Below are positions 51,845 through 61,345 of a stretch of 64,000 bases of DNA, in pieces (position 1 is the first letter of the stretch; the number at the start of each line of letters is the position of its first letter). The stretch covers positions 37,073 to 101,072 of the forward strand of contig CANQLW010000001.1 of assembly GCA_947624805.1 (NCBI GenBank). The letters are read 5' to 3'. The notes below the pieces were generated by a model. The model ran no database searches, was not told where the DNA came from, and worked only from the letters and a program-made list of their open reading frames with translations. The position numbers and the translations under genes were made by a program. This DNA comes from an uncultured Clostridia bacterium. GTDB taxonomy: Bacteria > Bacillota > Clostridia > Christensenellales > Borkfalkiaceae.

Positions 51845-54259
51845 ATGAAAAACTTGTTTTATAAAATTTATAATTGCGATTCTTATGCCGCGCTCTATGA
51901 ATTAGTTCATCATGACCCGTTTTTGAGCGATCCGGCGAATTGGCGACCCTATGGTGACAATAAGAATAATTGCGGCACGTTTGAAAATCAGCAAGCAAAA
52001 CCGGAAGCGGCTCTTGTCGAGAAACTTACCAATTCGATAGACGCTATTTTAACGAAAGAGTGCCTTATTCGAGGAATCGACCCGAAATCCAAATCTCCCG
52101 AAGTTCCGCAAACGATGACGGAAGCAATCGAACGGTATTTCAATGTTATTAAGGGCAAATGGGAGAACGCCGTTGAGTCGCGCCGCAAGGAAATCGCGTC
52201 GAGATTACAAGTAATTTTGACGGGAGATAAACAGACGCCCAATATTGCAATCTATGATGACGGGGAGGGGCAAACTCCAAGCGCGTTCCCGAATACATTT
52301 TTATCGTTACATCGCGGGAACAAAATAGATATTCCCTTTGTGCAGGGGAAATTTAATATGGGATCTACCGGTGCCGTGCTGTTTTGCGGCGGAGATGAAA
52401 AATATCAGCTTATCGTTTCAAGACGCGCCAAAAAGCTATGTTCGGCAGACGAATACAAATATGGCTTCACGCTTGTGCGCAAGCACCCGCTTTCTCCCGA
52501 AGAAGAAATTACTATGAAAAGTACATGGTATGAATATTTTGTAATCAACGATGCCGTTCCCTCTTTTGAAGCCGAAGCGTTGGAATTGGGATTGGATAAA
52601 AAGAAACCCTTTATTGACGGTACGGTCATCAAGTTATATTCCTATGAGTTATCGCGTGGGTGTCAATCGGACGCTACTTTTGATTTGTGGCGCGAATTGA
52701 ATACCCTGCTTTACGATTCAAGTTTACCCGTCTTGATTTGCGAACAGCGAGATTTCAAAGGACACTCGAAAGAGAAAGTCATGTTGGGAAATAAAACCCG
52801 TGTTTCCATTGACGATAGAGATAAAAAGTATAAATCGTGGTCGTATGCAATTCAAGACCTTGCCACTTTTGGCGCAGATATTCCGATAGAAGTAACTGTT
52901 TTCAAACCGGAAGTAAAGAATCCGGAGTTCATCAGACAACGTTCCGTGATTTTTACCCTAAATGGTCAAACGCAGGGCTTTGAGGGGAAAACCTTTATCA
53001 GCACGGATTTGGGATTTAGACAGTTGCGCGAATATATGCTTATTTGCGTCGATTGCACCAAAATCAAAACGAGTGTCCGCAACGAAATTTTCATGTCCTC
53101 CCGCGATAGAATGCGTGAGGGGAAATACTATACGATTCTAAAAGAACAGCTTATCGCATTGCTGAAAAGCGATGATAACTTGAAACAGCTGAATCAAGAG
53201 TATAAGGGGAAAGAACTTGCGGAATCCAAAGATGATAAAGAATTGATACAGCACCTTTTTGAAAATTTGAAAAACAATGATAACATCAAGCGATTGCTCA
53301 CAAATATAAAGGGCTTGTATTCTTTCTCGTCAACCAAACGGGCAGAACAACCCCATGAAAGCGGAACTTCCAAAAAGAAAGCAGAAACGCCCGAGCTGAA
53401 ACGATTCCCCTCCTATTTCAAAGTCACAAACTTAAAAGAAAAAGACGGAAAATTATATAAAGCTATCGCATTGGATAGTCACGGAACAATTACGTTTGAA
53501 ACAAATGCGGAAGATGAATTTTTGACCCGCAATGTTGAGAAAGGCGAATTGGAAATCTCCATACTGAATTATAGCAATCACGGGCAAGGCGGCGAGGGAG
53601 ATCGACTTCCCACTTCTCCCGACGACAAACTCATTATTAGTCGTTCCGGTCCGAATGACGGAGAGATTCGACTTTCTATAACGCCAACAGAAAAAGCCGT
53701 CGCGGGGGATATGTTTGAAATCTCCGCAAAAATGATTTCTGTTGCAGGAGAATTGGAAGTTGTCGTTTTTGTCGGAATCGACGATAAAAAGGAAAAGAAA
53801 TCAGAACCGGCAAAAGTAGAAGAAACGCCTAATTTGAACCTGCCAAAGATGATTCGAGTGTTCAAAGATAAAAAAGATGATGATTCGCCGGTATGGGCAG
53901 ACTGCAATCCCCCCATGACGGCAGACGACGTTATACAACTCGTGATAGACGATGAAAATATCAGCGAAATCCTTATCAATATGGATTCAAACTTACTTAA
54001 AAAACAGGTAAATAAGCGCGGCGTTTCCGTCGAAATGGTAGGAAAGAAATATGTCACAAGTATTTATTCTCACGCTCTGATTTTATATTCTACTCTCTAC
54101 GGATATTATAACGGTCAGAACGAGGCAGTAAACTCTGACTTTGATAAGCATGAATTAGATAGTATTCGAGAAAATCTGGAAAAAGCCATTCCTGCGATAT
54201 TCAAATATTATGGCGGTTTCCTCATGGATATTGGGGATATGGATTTAACCGATGAATAA
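51845..54259 (+). CDS. GHKL (Bergerat-fold, HATPase_c-like) ATPase, large multidomain protein
   Basis: The N-box is ALVEKLTNSIDAIL (ExxxNxxDA), the G1 box is IAIYDDGEGQ (DxGxG) and the G2 box is QGKFNMGSTGAV (GxxGxG). The ATG at 51845 follows gaggg; the track start is a GTG at 51839. The ~550 C-terminal residues have unknown function. Confidence 0.7.
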   Translation: MKNLFYKIYNCDSYAALYELVHHDPFLSDPANWRPYGDNKNNCGTFENQQAKPEAALVEKLTNSIDAILTKECLIRGIDPKSKSPEVPQTMTEAIERYFNVIKGKWENAVESRRKEIASRLQVILTGDKQTPNIAIYDDGEGQTPSAFPNTFLSLHRGNKIDIPFVQGKFNMGSTGAVLFCGGDEKYQLIVSRRAKKLCSADEYKYGFTLVRKHPLSPEEEITMKSTWYEYFVINDAVPSFEAEALELGLDKKKPFIDGTVIKLYSYELSRGCQSDATFDLWRELNTLLYDSSLPVLICEQRDFKGHSKEKVMLGNKTRVSIDDRDKKYKSWSYAIQDLATFGADIPIEVTVFKPEVKNPEFIRQRSVIFTLNGQTQGFEGKTFISTDLGFRQLREYMLICVDCTKIKTSVRNEIFMSSRDRMREGKYYTILKEQLIALLKSDDNLKQLNQEYKGKELAESKDDKELIQHLFENLKNNDNIKRLLTNIKGLYSFSSTKRAEQPHESGTSKKKAETPELKRFPSYFKVTNLKEKDGKLYKAIALDSHGTITFETNAEDEFLTRNVEKGELEISILNYSNHGQGGEGDRLPTSPDDKLIISRSGPNDGEIRLSITPTEKAVAGDMFEISAKMISVAGELEVVVFVGIDDKKEKKSEPAKVEETPNLNLPKMIRVFKDKKDDDSPVWADCNPPMTADDVIQLVIDDENISEILINMDSNLLKKQVNKRGVSVEMVGKKYVTSIYSHALILYSTLYGYYNGQNEAVNSDFDKHELDSIRENLEKAIPAIFKYYGGFLMDIGDMDLTDE

Positions 54260-54278
54260 GGAGTGAATTTTTAATATT

Positions 54279-55148
54279 ATGAGTAACGGTCTTGAATTGA
54301 GTTGTGATAAAAAGTTCTTTTATGCGACTGTCAAAATTGAGAACCATACTATGAATGGGACGGTAAAACATTCAACAGGATTTTTTTATAATTTTGAAAC
54401 AAGTAATGGCAAAACTGTGAGGGCTATTTTAACTTGTAAACACTCGATTGAGGACTTTGCCAAAATCGATTTAATTACTTGTTTAGATAATGGGCGCGCT
54501 GAACCGATAGATAATGTTCGTTTTACAATGACATATGCCGCTGATAGCCCTTTGATTGTAAAACACCACGATAAAACAATCGATCTTGCCGCGCTTATTT
54601 TTTCTTATGACGATAAAATTTTTTTAAGCGGAAATCAGCAACCTTTTTATCTATCATTAGATAATTCTTTAATCCCAACCGAAGAACAACTTAATCAGTT
54701 ATCATATATAGAAGAAGTCCTTATGGTAGGCTATCCACAAAATATTTGGGACACATATAACAATAAGCCAATTATTAGAAAAGGAATTACTTCATCTCCT
54801 ATTCAACTTGATTTTGGTGGGAAAAAACAATTCTTATTGGATATTGCCTCTTTTCATGGCTCGAGTGGATCGCCTGTTTTTATATATAAACCTTCTCCTC
54901 ATCTTGAAAGTAATGCATTGGTGTTTAATCAACAAGTATATCTTTTGGGAATGTTTTTCGGTGGATGGGAAGAAGTAACAAATGGCAGTACTCCGGTAAC
55001 AGCTTATGATAAAGAACAGGACAAGAAATATGATTTAGAGCTGGTTTTGCCTAATCATTTAGGTATCGTTTTGAAATCCGCAGTTTTTATGGAATTAAAA
55101 GATCTTATTGAAAAGTGTATTGAGGAAGAGGTTGTAAAAAGAAAATAA
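54279..55148 (+). CDS. Trypsin-like (S1/chymotrypsin-fold) serine protease, no signal peptide
   Basis: The triad context is ILTCKHSI (His), TIDLAALIF (Asp) and FHGSSGSPVF (Ser). No hydrophobic N-terminal leader is present, so it is predicted to be cytoplasmic. Confidence 0.8.
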   Translation: MSNGLELSCDKKFFYATVKIENHTMNGTVKHSTGFFYNFETSNGKTVRAILTCKHSIEDFAKIDLITCLDNGRAEPIDNVRFTMTYAADSPLIVKHHDKTIDLAALIFSYDDKIFLSGNQQPFYLSLDNSLIPTEEQLNQLSYIEEVLMVGYPQNIWDTYNNKPIIRKGITSSPIQLDFGGKKQFLLDIASFHGSSGSPVFIYKPSPHLESNALVFNQQVYLLGMFFGGWEEVTNGSTPVTAYDKEQDKKYDLELVLPNHLGIVLKSAVFMELKDLIEKCIEEEVVKRK

Positions 55149-55259
55149 AAACAGCCCTTTCAATTACCACTTGTTCAGGTTAAGCCCCCCGCCCGCTCGC
55201 GACATTGACTTGACGGAGTAAGGCAAAGAGGAAATCATTGGAAGAAATAACTGTCGATC

Positions 55260-56100
55260 TGCGCTATGGAAAGATGCCCGTCAAGGGCGTCTTTTCTTGT
55301 GTGGCAAAACCCATCCTGAAAAGAATTTCACCCCCCTCGGTCTCACTACGTTCGACAGCTGTCTCGGGCGGGGCGGTCAACGTTCGCGCGGGATAATGCG
55401 CTACTTCGTTGCTTCGCTCCTCGTGCCGCCCTTCGACGACAAAAGAACGTGCGGGCGGGGCACTCATGTCGCAACGCGCGAAAGGTTCACCGGACCTTTC
55501 GCAGAACGCGTTGCTCCACCCTCGGGGGAGCTTTGTCGGACTGCGTTTGAGGGGATCCTTCGAAACTAACAATTCGGACTTCGTAATGCTCACTGTCTCA
55601 GGATGACGCGGGGGGAGGGGCGCCGAGGGTCGGACTGCGTTTGAGGGGACATGGTGCATTGTCTTACCCCCCATCCGTCTTTACTTCGCAAATCCACCCT
55701 CCCCCCATAGGGGGTAGGGCTTCAACCCCCACCCCTACCCCGTCCCCTTAAAAAGGGGGCGGGCGAGAAATACGGACTTCGTTTGAGGGGATCCTTCGCT
55801 GCGCTCAGGATGACGCAGGGGAGGAGGGCAGGCAACCCCCACCCCTACCCCGCCCCCTTAAAAAGGGGGCGGGCGAGAAATACGGACTTCGTTTGAGGGG
55901 ATCCTTCGCTGCGCTCAGGATGACGCAGGGGAGGAGGGCAGGCAACCCCCACCCCTACCCCGCCCCCTTCAAAGGGGCCGGGCAAGAAATATGGACTACA
56001 TTTGAAGGGATCCTTCACCCCCTACGGGGGTTCAGGATGACGCTGGGGGGAGGTGGGCAAGAATAAGGGCGGGATGACAGTAAAGCGCACGAGATGACGC
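55260..56100. repeat. Cluster of mosaic GC-rich repeats (family copy R6); includes direct-repeat copy B (55397-55562) and a 110-bp tandem array (55723-56052)
   Basis: 55731-55840 and 55841-55950 differ at one position by my alignment. A third unit is degenerate. ctcaggatgac occurs at 55597, 55804 and 55914. Confidence 0.8.
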
Positions 56101-56142
56101 ACGGGAAGAAGAGGAAAACAAGAGGTTGATTTTTTCGGCGAG

Positions 56143-56242
56143 GTGTGGTATAATCCTCTCAAACAGAGTGTGGTATAATCCTGTCAAACAGAGTATGATA
56201 TAATCCTCTCAAACGGGTGTGATATGATCTTCTCAAAACGGA
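56143..56242 (+). repeat. Four tandem 25-bp units, each carrying a TGnTATAAT-like element, immediately upstream of a CDS
   Basis: The units are gtgtggtataatcctctcaaacaga (56143-56167), gtgtggtataatcctgtcaaacaga (56168-56192), gtatgatataatcctctcaaacggg (56193-56217) and tgtgatatgatcttctcaaaacgga (56218-56242). The ATG is at 56250. Confidence 0.8.
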
Positions 56243-56249
56243 GGCAAGC

Positions 56250-56834
56250 ATGAAGAGAAAACAAGAAAAAGAGGAGCTGATCCGATACATCGAACGGATC
56301 CGCGATGATGAGGGCCATGCTGTCGTGGACGTCGATCTCGGGGAGGATGTTACGCGGTACGATCCCCTCAGTCTCAAGGGGCAAAAGGATCTCAATGGCG
56401 AGATCTACGACTACATCGAGGCGCAAACGAACATTATCCCCGCCGAGGTCCCCCTCCGCATCCGTTTCCACGGCGAATTCACCGAGGCGGAGCAGGAAGA
56501 GATCAAAACCGCCATCCACCGTCACTACGTAATGAAGTCCTTCGATCTCTCATGGGATCTCATGGCGAATCTCAGGAAGATGCTCATCCTCGCGATCTTC
56601 GGCGCCGCCGTGCTCGCCGTATATCTGTACTTTGCGATCACGGGGGAACACGTCTTCATGACGGAGATCCTCTCGATCGTCGGCTCCTTCTCTCTGTGGG
56701 AAGCGGCGGACGCGCTCCTTCTCGAACGCCCCCATCTGCGCCGTGAGATGCGTAACAACGACCAAAGTCTCTCCGAACGCATCGAATTTGTCACAGCGGA
56801 ACCGAAAACGGAGCCGAAAACCGAACAGCTTTGA
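56250..56834 (+). CDS. Hypothetical 2-TM membrane protein
   Basis: 194 aa. An acidic N-terminal domain is followed by two hydrophobic helices (MLILAIFGAAVLAVYLYFAI, ILSIVGSFSLWEAADALLL). RBS aacggagg lies upstream. Confidence 0.55.
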   Translation: MKRKQEKEELIRYIERIRDDEGHAVVDVDLGEDVTRYDPLSLKGQKDLNGEIYDYIEAQTNIIPAEVPLRIRFHGEFTEAEQEEIKTAIHRHYVMKSFDLSWDLMANLRKMLILAIFGAAVLAVYLYFAITGEHVFMTEILSIVGSFSLWEAADALLLERPHLRREMRNNDQSLSERIEFVTAEPKTEPKTEQL

Positions 56835-56850
56835 ACCCAATACACAAAAT

Positions 56851-56884
56851 CAGCCCGCAGGCATTGCCCGCGGGCCGATTTTAT
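56851..56884. terminator. Bidirectional terminator between convergent genes
   Basis: gcccgc (56853-56858) pairs with gcgggc (70-75 of the same 100). T-runs flank it on both strands (gatttta on plus, tgattttgtg on minus). Confidence 0.5.
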
Positions 56885-56905
56885 CATTCAGGGAGGAAAA
56901 AAGTC

Positions 56906-59731
56906 TTATTCATCCGTCTGTTCTTCTTTTTCTTTCCTGAAAAAGAGGAAGTACGTCCAACAGCCGATCCCGACGAGGCAGACGACGTCGATGGCGCCGA
57001 GCGCCCAGAGCCAGTTTGCGGCGACGGTATTTGCGCCCTTGGAGACAAAGGTCTCGGCGCGCTGCACGGTATTGCAATAGGTATAGAGAATGTTATGCGC
57101 GGCGTTCTTCATGAGCGAAAGCGCCGTCGGGCTCTTTTTGTCGGCGTGAATGCTCTCCCCGAGCTCTGCACCGACGCAGTTGAGCCACAGATCGCTGCCC
57201 GCCCGAAGGCCCGTGTCCGCGTTCATATACGTCCTGTCCAGCAGATAGGCGTCCGTGACGACTGTGCCGCGGAATCCCCATTCATTGCGCAGGACCTGTG
57301 TCATGAGCGCAGAGGATGCGCCCGACCAGACCGCTCCGATCCGATTGAAGGAAGACATGATCGCGTTCGCGCCGCCCTCTTTCACCGCTATCTCAAAGGG
57401 TCTCAGATAGATCTCGCGGAGCGTCTGTTCGGTCAGCCATGTGTACAGTCCCTCGCGCTTGTTCTCCGTCTCGTTGAGGGCGAAATGCTTGACGTAGCAA
57501 TAAAGTCCCATGTCGATCGCTCCGCTCACGGTCTCCGCGGCGAGTTTCCCCGCGAGGAACCCGTCCTCGGAGTAATACTCATAATTTCTGCCGTCGAAGG
57601 GAGAACGGTGGATATTGACCGCGGGTGCATACCAGCCCGCGACACCGAGCTGCGCCGCTTCGCTGCCGATCGCGCTGCCGTATGTCTTTGCGACTTCCGT
57701 GCTCCAGCTGCAGGCAATGACCGTCTCGATGGGGTAATAGGTCGTCTTCGCGTTGTTCGTCGTCATGACGGAATCGGAGATGCCCGCGGGGCCGTCAAGG
57801 TCGATGAATTTCGGCTTTGCGATGGAGGCGACTGCCTCTGTCCCGTAGCCGCCCCGTTCCATCAGGGCGACGAGTTCGCTCTGCGCCATGCTGTTGAGAA
57901 CGATCTCCCACTTGGGGGAATCGTAATCGGAGCCGAGCTCCATCATGAGCCCGAGATCGGGCTCTCCGTCCTTGAAGAGCGGAAGTTTTTCCCCGCTTGC
58001 CTCATAGGCGGGAAGGGTGGGCTCGGGGACGGTAGTCGTCATTTCGGGCTTGACGCGGGCCGCCGTCACCTGCGGGAACGTCCCCTCAAAATCTACTCTC
58101 GTGAGATAGGAGATGTTCTGGTTGGTCGATGTGCCGTCGATGGAGACGCCGTCCGTCGCGCTCTCCCCCGTGAAGTGATTTTCCACGGGATTGCCCGTCT
58201 TCTCATCGTTTTTCAAGAGAAGGGTCTCGGACATGGTATAGGCAAATTTGTTCACATAGGTGTGTGCATCCTTGGAGAGATACACATTGTATATACCGTC
58301 CTCGAGGCAATAGCCCGCCTCACCCGTGACATTGAGCCCCGCGTAATCGTACGATCTCATGTCGCGCACCTGAAAGGACAGCGTCACCGTCGTGCTCTCC
58401 CCGGGGGAAATGAGCGGAGTCTTCCGGAAGGCGACGAGATTCTTTGACGCCTTCTCGATCCCGCCGTCGTAGTAGGGCGGCTCATAGTAGACTTCCACGA
58501 CATCCTTGCCCGCAGCATTCCCCGTATTCGTCACCCTGACCTCGATCTCGATCTTATCGTCCGCGCCGAGTTCGGAGCCGTCCGCGGGGGAGATATTTTT
58601 GACTTCCCAGTCGAAGGTGGTATAGCTGAGCCCGTAGCCGAAGGGGTACTGGACGACGTCGCCGTAGCCGTGAACGCCCCACTTCTCCGCGGCGTAATCG
58701 CTCTCCCAGAACCCTGCGCTGTCCGCCGTCTCATACCATTTATATCCGACATAGATGCCCTCGGCGTAGTCCACATAGTACTCTTCGGCCGAGGCATATT
58801 TGTGAATGCTCCCCGCTTCGTTGTCCACTTCGAGCCCGTTGGCGGAATTTGCATAGGATGCCGCCGTCGAAAGGTCATAGGCATAGGTATCGGCGAGCCT
58901 TCCCGAGGGGGCCGTCTCGCCCGTGAGGACCTTCCCCACCGAAACGGTGCCCGACTGCCCCGTCGCGCCGATGTAGAGCGCGGCGTCCGCCTTCGTCTCC
59001 GCTTCGTCGAGGAACCCGAGTTCCATCGCATTGCAGGTATTGACGATAACGATGACTTTCTCAAATCTGCTGCGGACAAGGCGCATGAGCCCCTCCTCCT
59101 CGGTGCTGATCTCGAGATACGTCCGCGTCGCGTCGGCGTCGGAATAGGTCTTATCCTGTTTTCTGGTGAGATCCCCCTGCTCCCTGCCGAGGCGGGAAAG
59201 GACGACGAGCGCCGTGGAGGAATACCCCTCCGCCCCCGTCTCCGAGATCCATTTCTCCACATCGGAGGGCTGGGGTTCGATGAGGTTGAAATACTTGTCC
59301 GTGTCCCGTGAACGGCAGAAGGAGGTGTATTTCTGCATGAGCCCTTCGTTGTACTCGAGCCCCGCTTCTCTGAGCCCTTGCAGGAAGGTGACGCGCGCCT
59401 CGGTGTTCTTGGTCGCCCCCGACCCCGAGCCCGAATAGACGAAACCCTCGTCCGTCGCGCCCCAGCCGAACACGTTCACTTTGCCCTTGCCGAGGGGGAG
59501 CGCGTTGTCGTTTTTGAGGAGTACGATTCCCTCCGCCTCGACATAGCGGACGACGTCATCCCCCTTTTCATAGTCGATGTTCTCCGTGTTGAGCCCATAT
59601 CCTCCGAAATAGGTGGTGATGAAATCCCTGAGCGCGATGCACGCCACATTCCCCGCGACGAGCGCGAGGAAGATGACTGCGATGATACACGCCTGTAAGA
59701 TCTTGACAACTTTTTTTGTCTTGTCCGGCAT
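56906..59731 (-). CDS. Glycoside hydrolase family 3 (beta-glucosidase/xylosidase-like) with N- and C-terminal hydrophobic anchors
   Basis: KHFALNETENKREG and FRGTVVTDAYLLD (nucleophile region) are present. GYGLSYTTFDW is the hallmark of the GH3 C-terminal domain. The TM-like segments are ILQACIIAVIFLALVAGNVACIAL and WLWALGAIDVVCLVGIGCWTYFLFF. Confidence 0.85.
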   Translation of the reverse strand: MPDKTKKVVKILQACIIAVIFLALVAGNVACIALRDFITTYFGGYGLNTENIDYEKGDDVVRYVEAEGIVLLKNDNALPLGKGKVNVFGWGATDEGFVYSGSGSGATKNTEARVTFLQGLREAGLEYNEGLMQKYTSFCRSRDTDKYFNLIEPQPSDVEKWISETGAEGYSSTALVVLSRLGREQGDLTRKQDKTYSDADATRTYLEISTEEEGLMRLVRSRFEKVIVIVNTCNAMELGFLDEAETKADAALYIGATGQSGTVSVGKVLTGETAPSGRLADTYAYDLSTAASYANSANGLEVDNEAGSIHKYASAEEYYVDYAEGIYVGYKWYETADSAGFWESDYAAEKWGVHGYGDVVQYPFGYGLSYTTFDWEVKNISPADGSELGADDKIEIEVRVTNTGNAAGKDVVEVYYEPPYYDGGIEKASKNLVAFRKTPLISPGESTTVTLSFQVRDMRSYDYAGLNVTGEAGYCLEDGIYNVYLSKDAHTYVNKFAYTMSETLLLKNDEKTGNPVENHFTGESATDGVSIDGTSTNQNISYLTRVDFEGTFPQVTAARVKPEMTTTVPEPTLPAYEASGEKLPLFKDGEPDLGLMMELGSDYDSPKWEIVLNSMAQSELVALMERGGYGTEAVASIAKPKFIDLDGPAGISDSVMTTNNAKTTYYPIETVIACSWSTEVAKTYGSAIGSEAAQLGVAGWYAPAVNIHRSPFDGRNYEYYSEDGFLAGKLAAETVSGAIDMGLYCYVKHFALNETENKREGLYTWLTEQTLREIYLRPFEIAVKEGGANAIMSSFNRIGAVWSGASSALMTQVLRNEWGFRGTVVTDAYLLDRTYMNADTGLRAGSDLWLNCVGAELGESIHADKKSPTALSLMKNAAHNILYTYCNTVQRAETFVSKGANTVAANWLWALGAIDVVCLVGIGCWTYFLFFRKEKEEQTDE

Positions 59732-59746
59732 AAGCCCCTCCGATCC

Positions 59747-61288
59747 TTACCCGAGAACGATCACTTTGCCGCCCTCTCTCGCGCTGTTGGCGCTGAGCAT
59801 CTGGAACCCGTAAGCCATGAGATCCACGCGAGAAGCATACCCGTCGCGGATGTCCCCCGTCTGGGGGTCGAGTTCCTCCTCTGTCGGCGCAGAGGAGATG
59901 CTGTCGATCTGCAGGGCGACGTAGAAACTTCCGCCGCGGCCGAGCTGTTTGCCCCAGCCGTTGCCGCCGATCTGCGTCTTGTCGAAATTGGAAGATGCAG
60001 GTTCCTCGAAGGCGGGAATGGAGAACTCCACCGCATAGCCGACGGCACCCTCCGCGATATGTGCCTCGTCGCCGCCCTTTGCGACATCTCTGCCCTGTGC
60101 ATCGAAGAGGCGGGTCGCATAATTGCTCTCTGTGCCGATGAATGCATCATAGTAGGCAGAGTTCTTGTCCGCCTGCGTGGTGCCGTTGATGCTGTACCCG
60201 AAGGCGTCGATGATGATCTTGTGATACTTGCCCCCGACGCCGTACCAGAGCTCCAGCGCGTCCCCCATCCAAGGGTTGGAATTTCTGTCGTAATAGCTCT
60301 TGCCGCGGGTGACGACTTTCTCGTCCCTGACCTCAGCATAGAAGTAGATCCTGCCGCCATGCTGTGTCGCATAGAGGGTGGCGTCTATGGGCGTCGTACC
60401 GCCCTGCGGGGTCGCGACGTTCTTCCACTCGTTCTCGTCTTTGATCTCCCCCGAGGAGCCGCCCCGCGAGCTCTGCACGACGCCGTGCGTGAGGTCGAAG
60501 AGCTCCTTATAGGAGGCATCTTTGACTGCATCGATCGTGATTTCCTCCGACGCGCGCTCCACGACGCCGTCTCCCTGCTTTACGACCGTCTTTACGGTGA
60601 TATCTGCCGTAAGGGAGGCGGGGACTGCCGTCCAGCTCTCGAAGACATACCCGATGGGGAGGGCGATCGAGGTACTCAGGCGTCCCTTTTCGGAGCTCTC
60701 CACATAGTAAGTCCCGTGCGCCTCGTAATTGCCCTGTTGGGTGCCGTCGAGGGCGTTATAGCGCGCCGCGTCCAGTAAAATGACGGGATCCGACGTGTCG
60801 GGATAGCTCTGGGCGGAGAGGGGCTGGCCCTCATAGGCGCTCACCGTCTTGATGACGCTGTCGTCCCAGTTTGCAAAGGTCACGGTGACGCTGCCGAGCG
60901 GGGCGTAGAGGACATGGACGTCCATATCCGCAGTGATGCCGCCCTGCTGCCATGCCGTCGTATCGTACCCGATGACTTTGTACCCCTCGACGTCGAATTT
61001 TGCCTCGATCGCCGCGGAGACGGACACGCGGTTGCCGCCGCGGGAGGTGAGTTCCTGTTTTGCCGTATAGGCGGAGGGCTTCCCGCTCTCGTCGAGCGTC
61101 GCAGAGGCGGGGTCGAAGCCGTAATGGAAGGTGATCGTGAAATCCGTCTTCTGCTCGTTCTGTGTCCCGCCGTTCCCCGTGCCCTCGTCGGGCGTTTTTG
61201 TGCCGTTGTCGCAGGCGCCGAGCAGGCAGGTGAGGGAGAGCGCCGCCGTGAGGGCGAGGCTCAAAAAGATTTTGGATGTTTTCTTCAT
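59747..61288 (-). CDS. Secreted lipoprotein, possible carbohydrate-binding (CBM9/DOMON-like C-terminal region)
   Basis: The signal peptide ends in the lipobox LLGAC. The C-terminal region has GDALELWYGVGGKYHKIIIDAFGYS. It lies in an operon with the GH3 gene. Confidence 0.6.
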   Translation of the reverse strand: MKKTSKIFLSLALTAALSLTCLLGACDNGTKTPDEGTGNGGTQNEQKTDFTITFHYGFDPASATLDESGKPSAYTAKQELTSRGGNRVSVSAAIEAKFDVEGYKVIGYDTTAWQQGGITADMDVHVLYAPLGSVTVTFANWDDSVIKTVSAYEGQPLSAQSYPDTSDPVILLDAARYNALDGTQQGNYEAHGTYYVESSEKGRLSTSIALPIGYVFESWTAVPASLTADITVKTVVKQGDGVVERASEEITIDAVKDASYKELFDLTHGVVQSSRGGSSGEIKDENEWKNVATPQGGTTPIDATLYATQHGGRIYFYAEVRDEKVVTRGKSYYDRNSNPWMGDALELWYGVGGKYHKIIIDAFGYSINGTTQADKNSAYYDAFIGTESNYATRLFDAQGRDVAKGGDEAHIAEGAVGYAVEFSIPAFEEPASSNFDKTQIGGNGWGKQLGRGGSFYVALQIDSISSAPTEEELDPQTGDIRDGYASRVDLMAYGFQMLSANSAREGGKVIVLG

Positions 61289-61345
61289 GGTTTTCTCCTT
61301 ATCGCTTTGGTCGGGGAAGCCTTATACGGCTCCCCCTTCCCTTTC

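Noticed and set aside
51054-55562. Integron-like gene cassette with attC sites
   Set aside because: The flanking repeats are direct copies of a genome-wide mosaic element. I cannot see the RYYYAAC/GTTRRRY core sites. No IntI-type integrase or attI lies adjacent.
50521-55674. ORFs inside repeat clusters (e.g. 50521-50988, 50725-51009, 55264-55674, 55297-55569)
   Set aside because: They lie wholly within the mosaic repeats and have near-duplicates read in different frames at other copies. They lack RBSs and are very unlikely to be coding.
48930-56100. Possible CRISPR array in the hairpin-rich repeat clusters
   Set aside because: There is no regular alternation of one constant 25-40-bp repeat with unique spacers. 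The repeats are mosaic, differ in length, and include a 110-bp tandem. No cas genes lie in the window.
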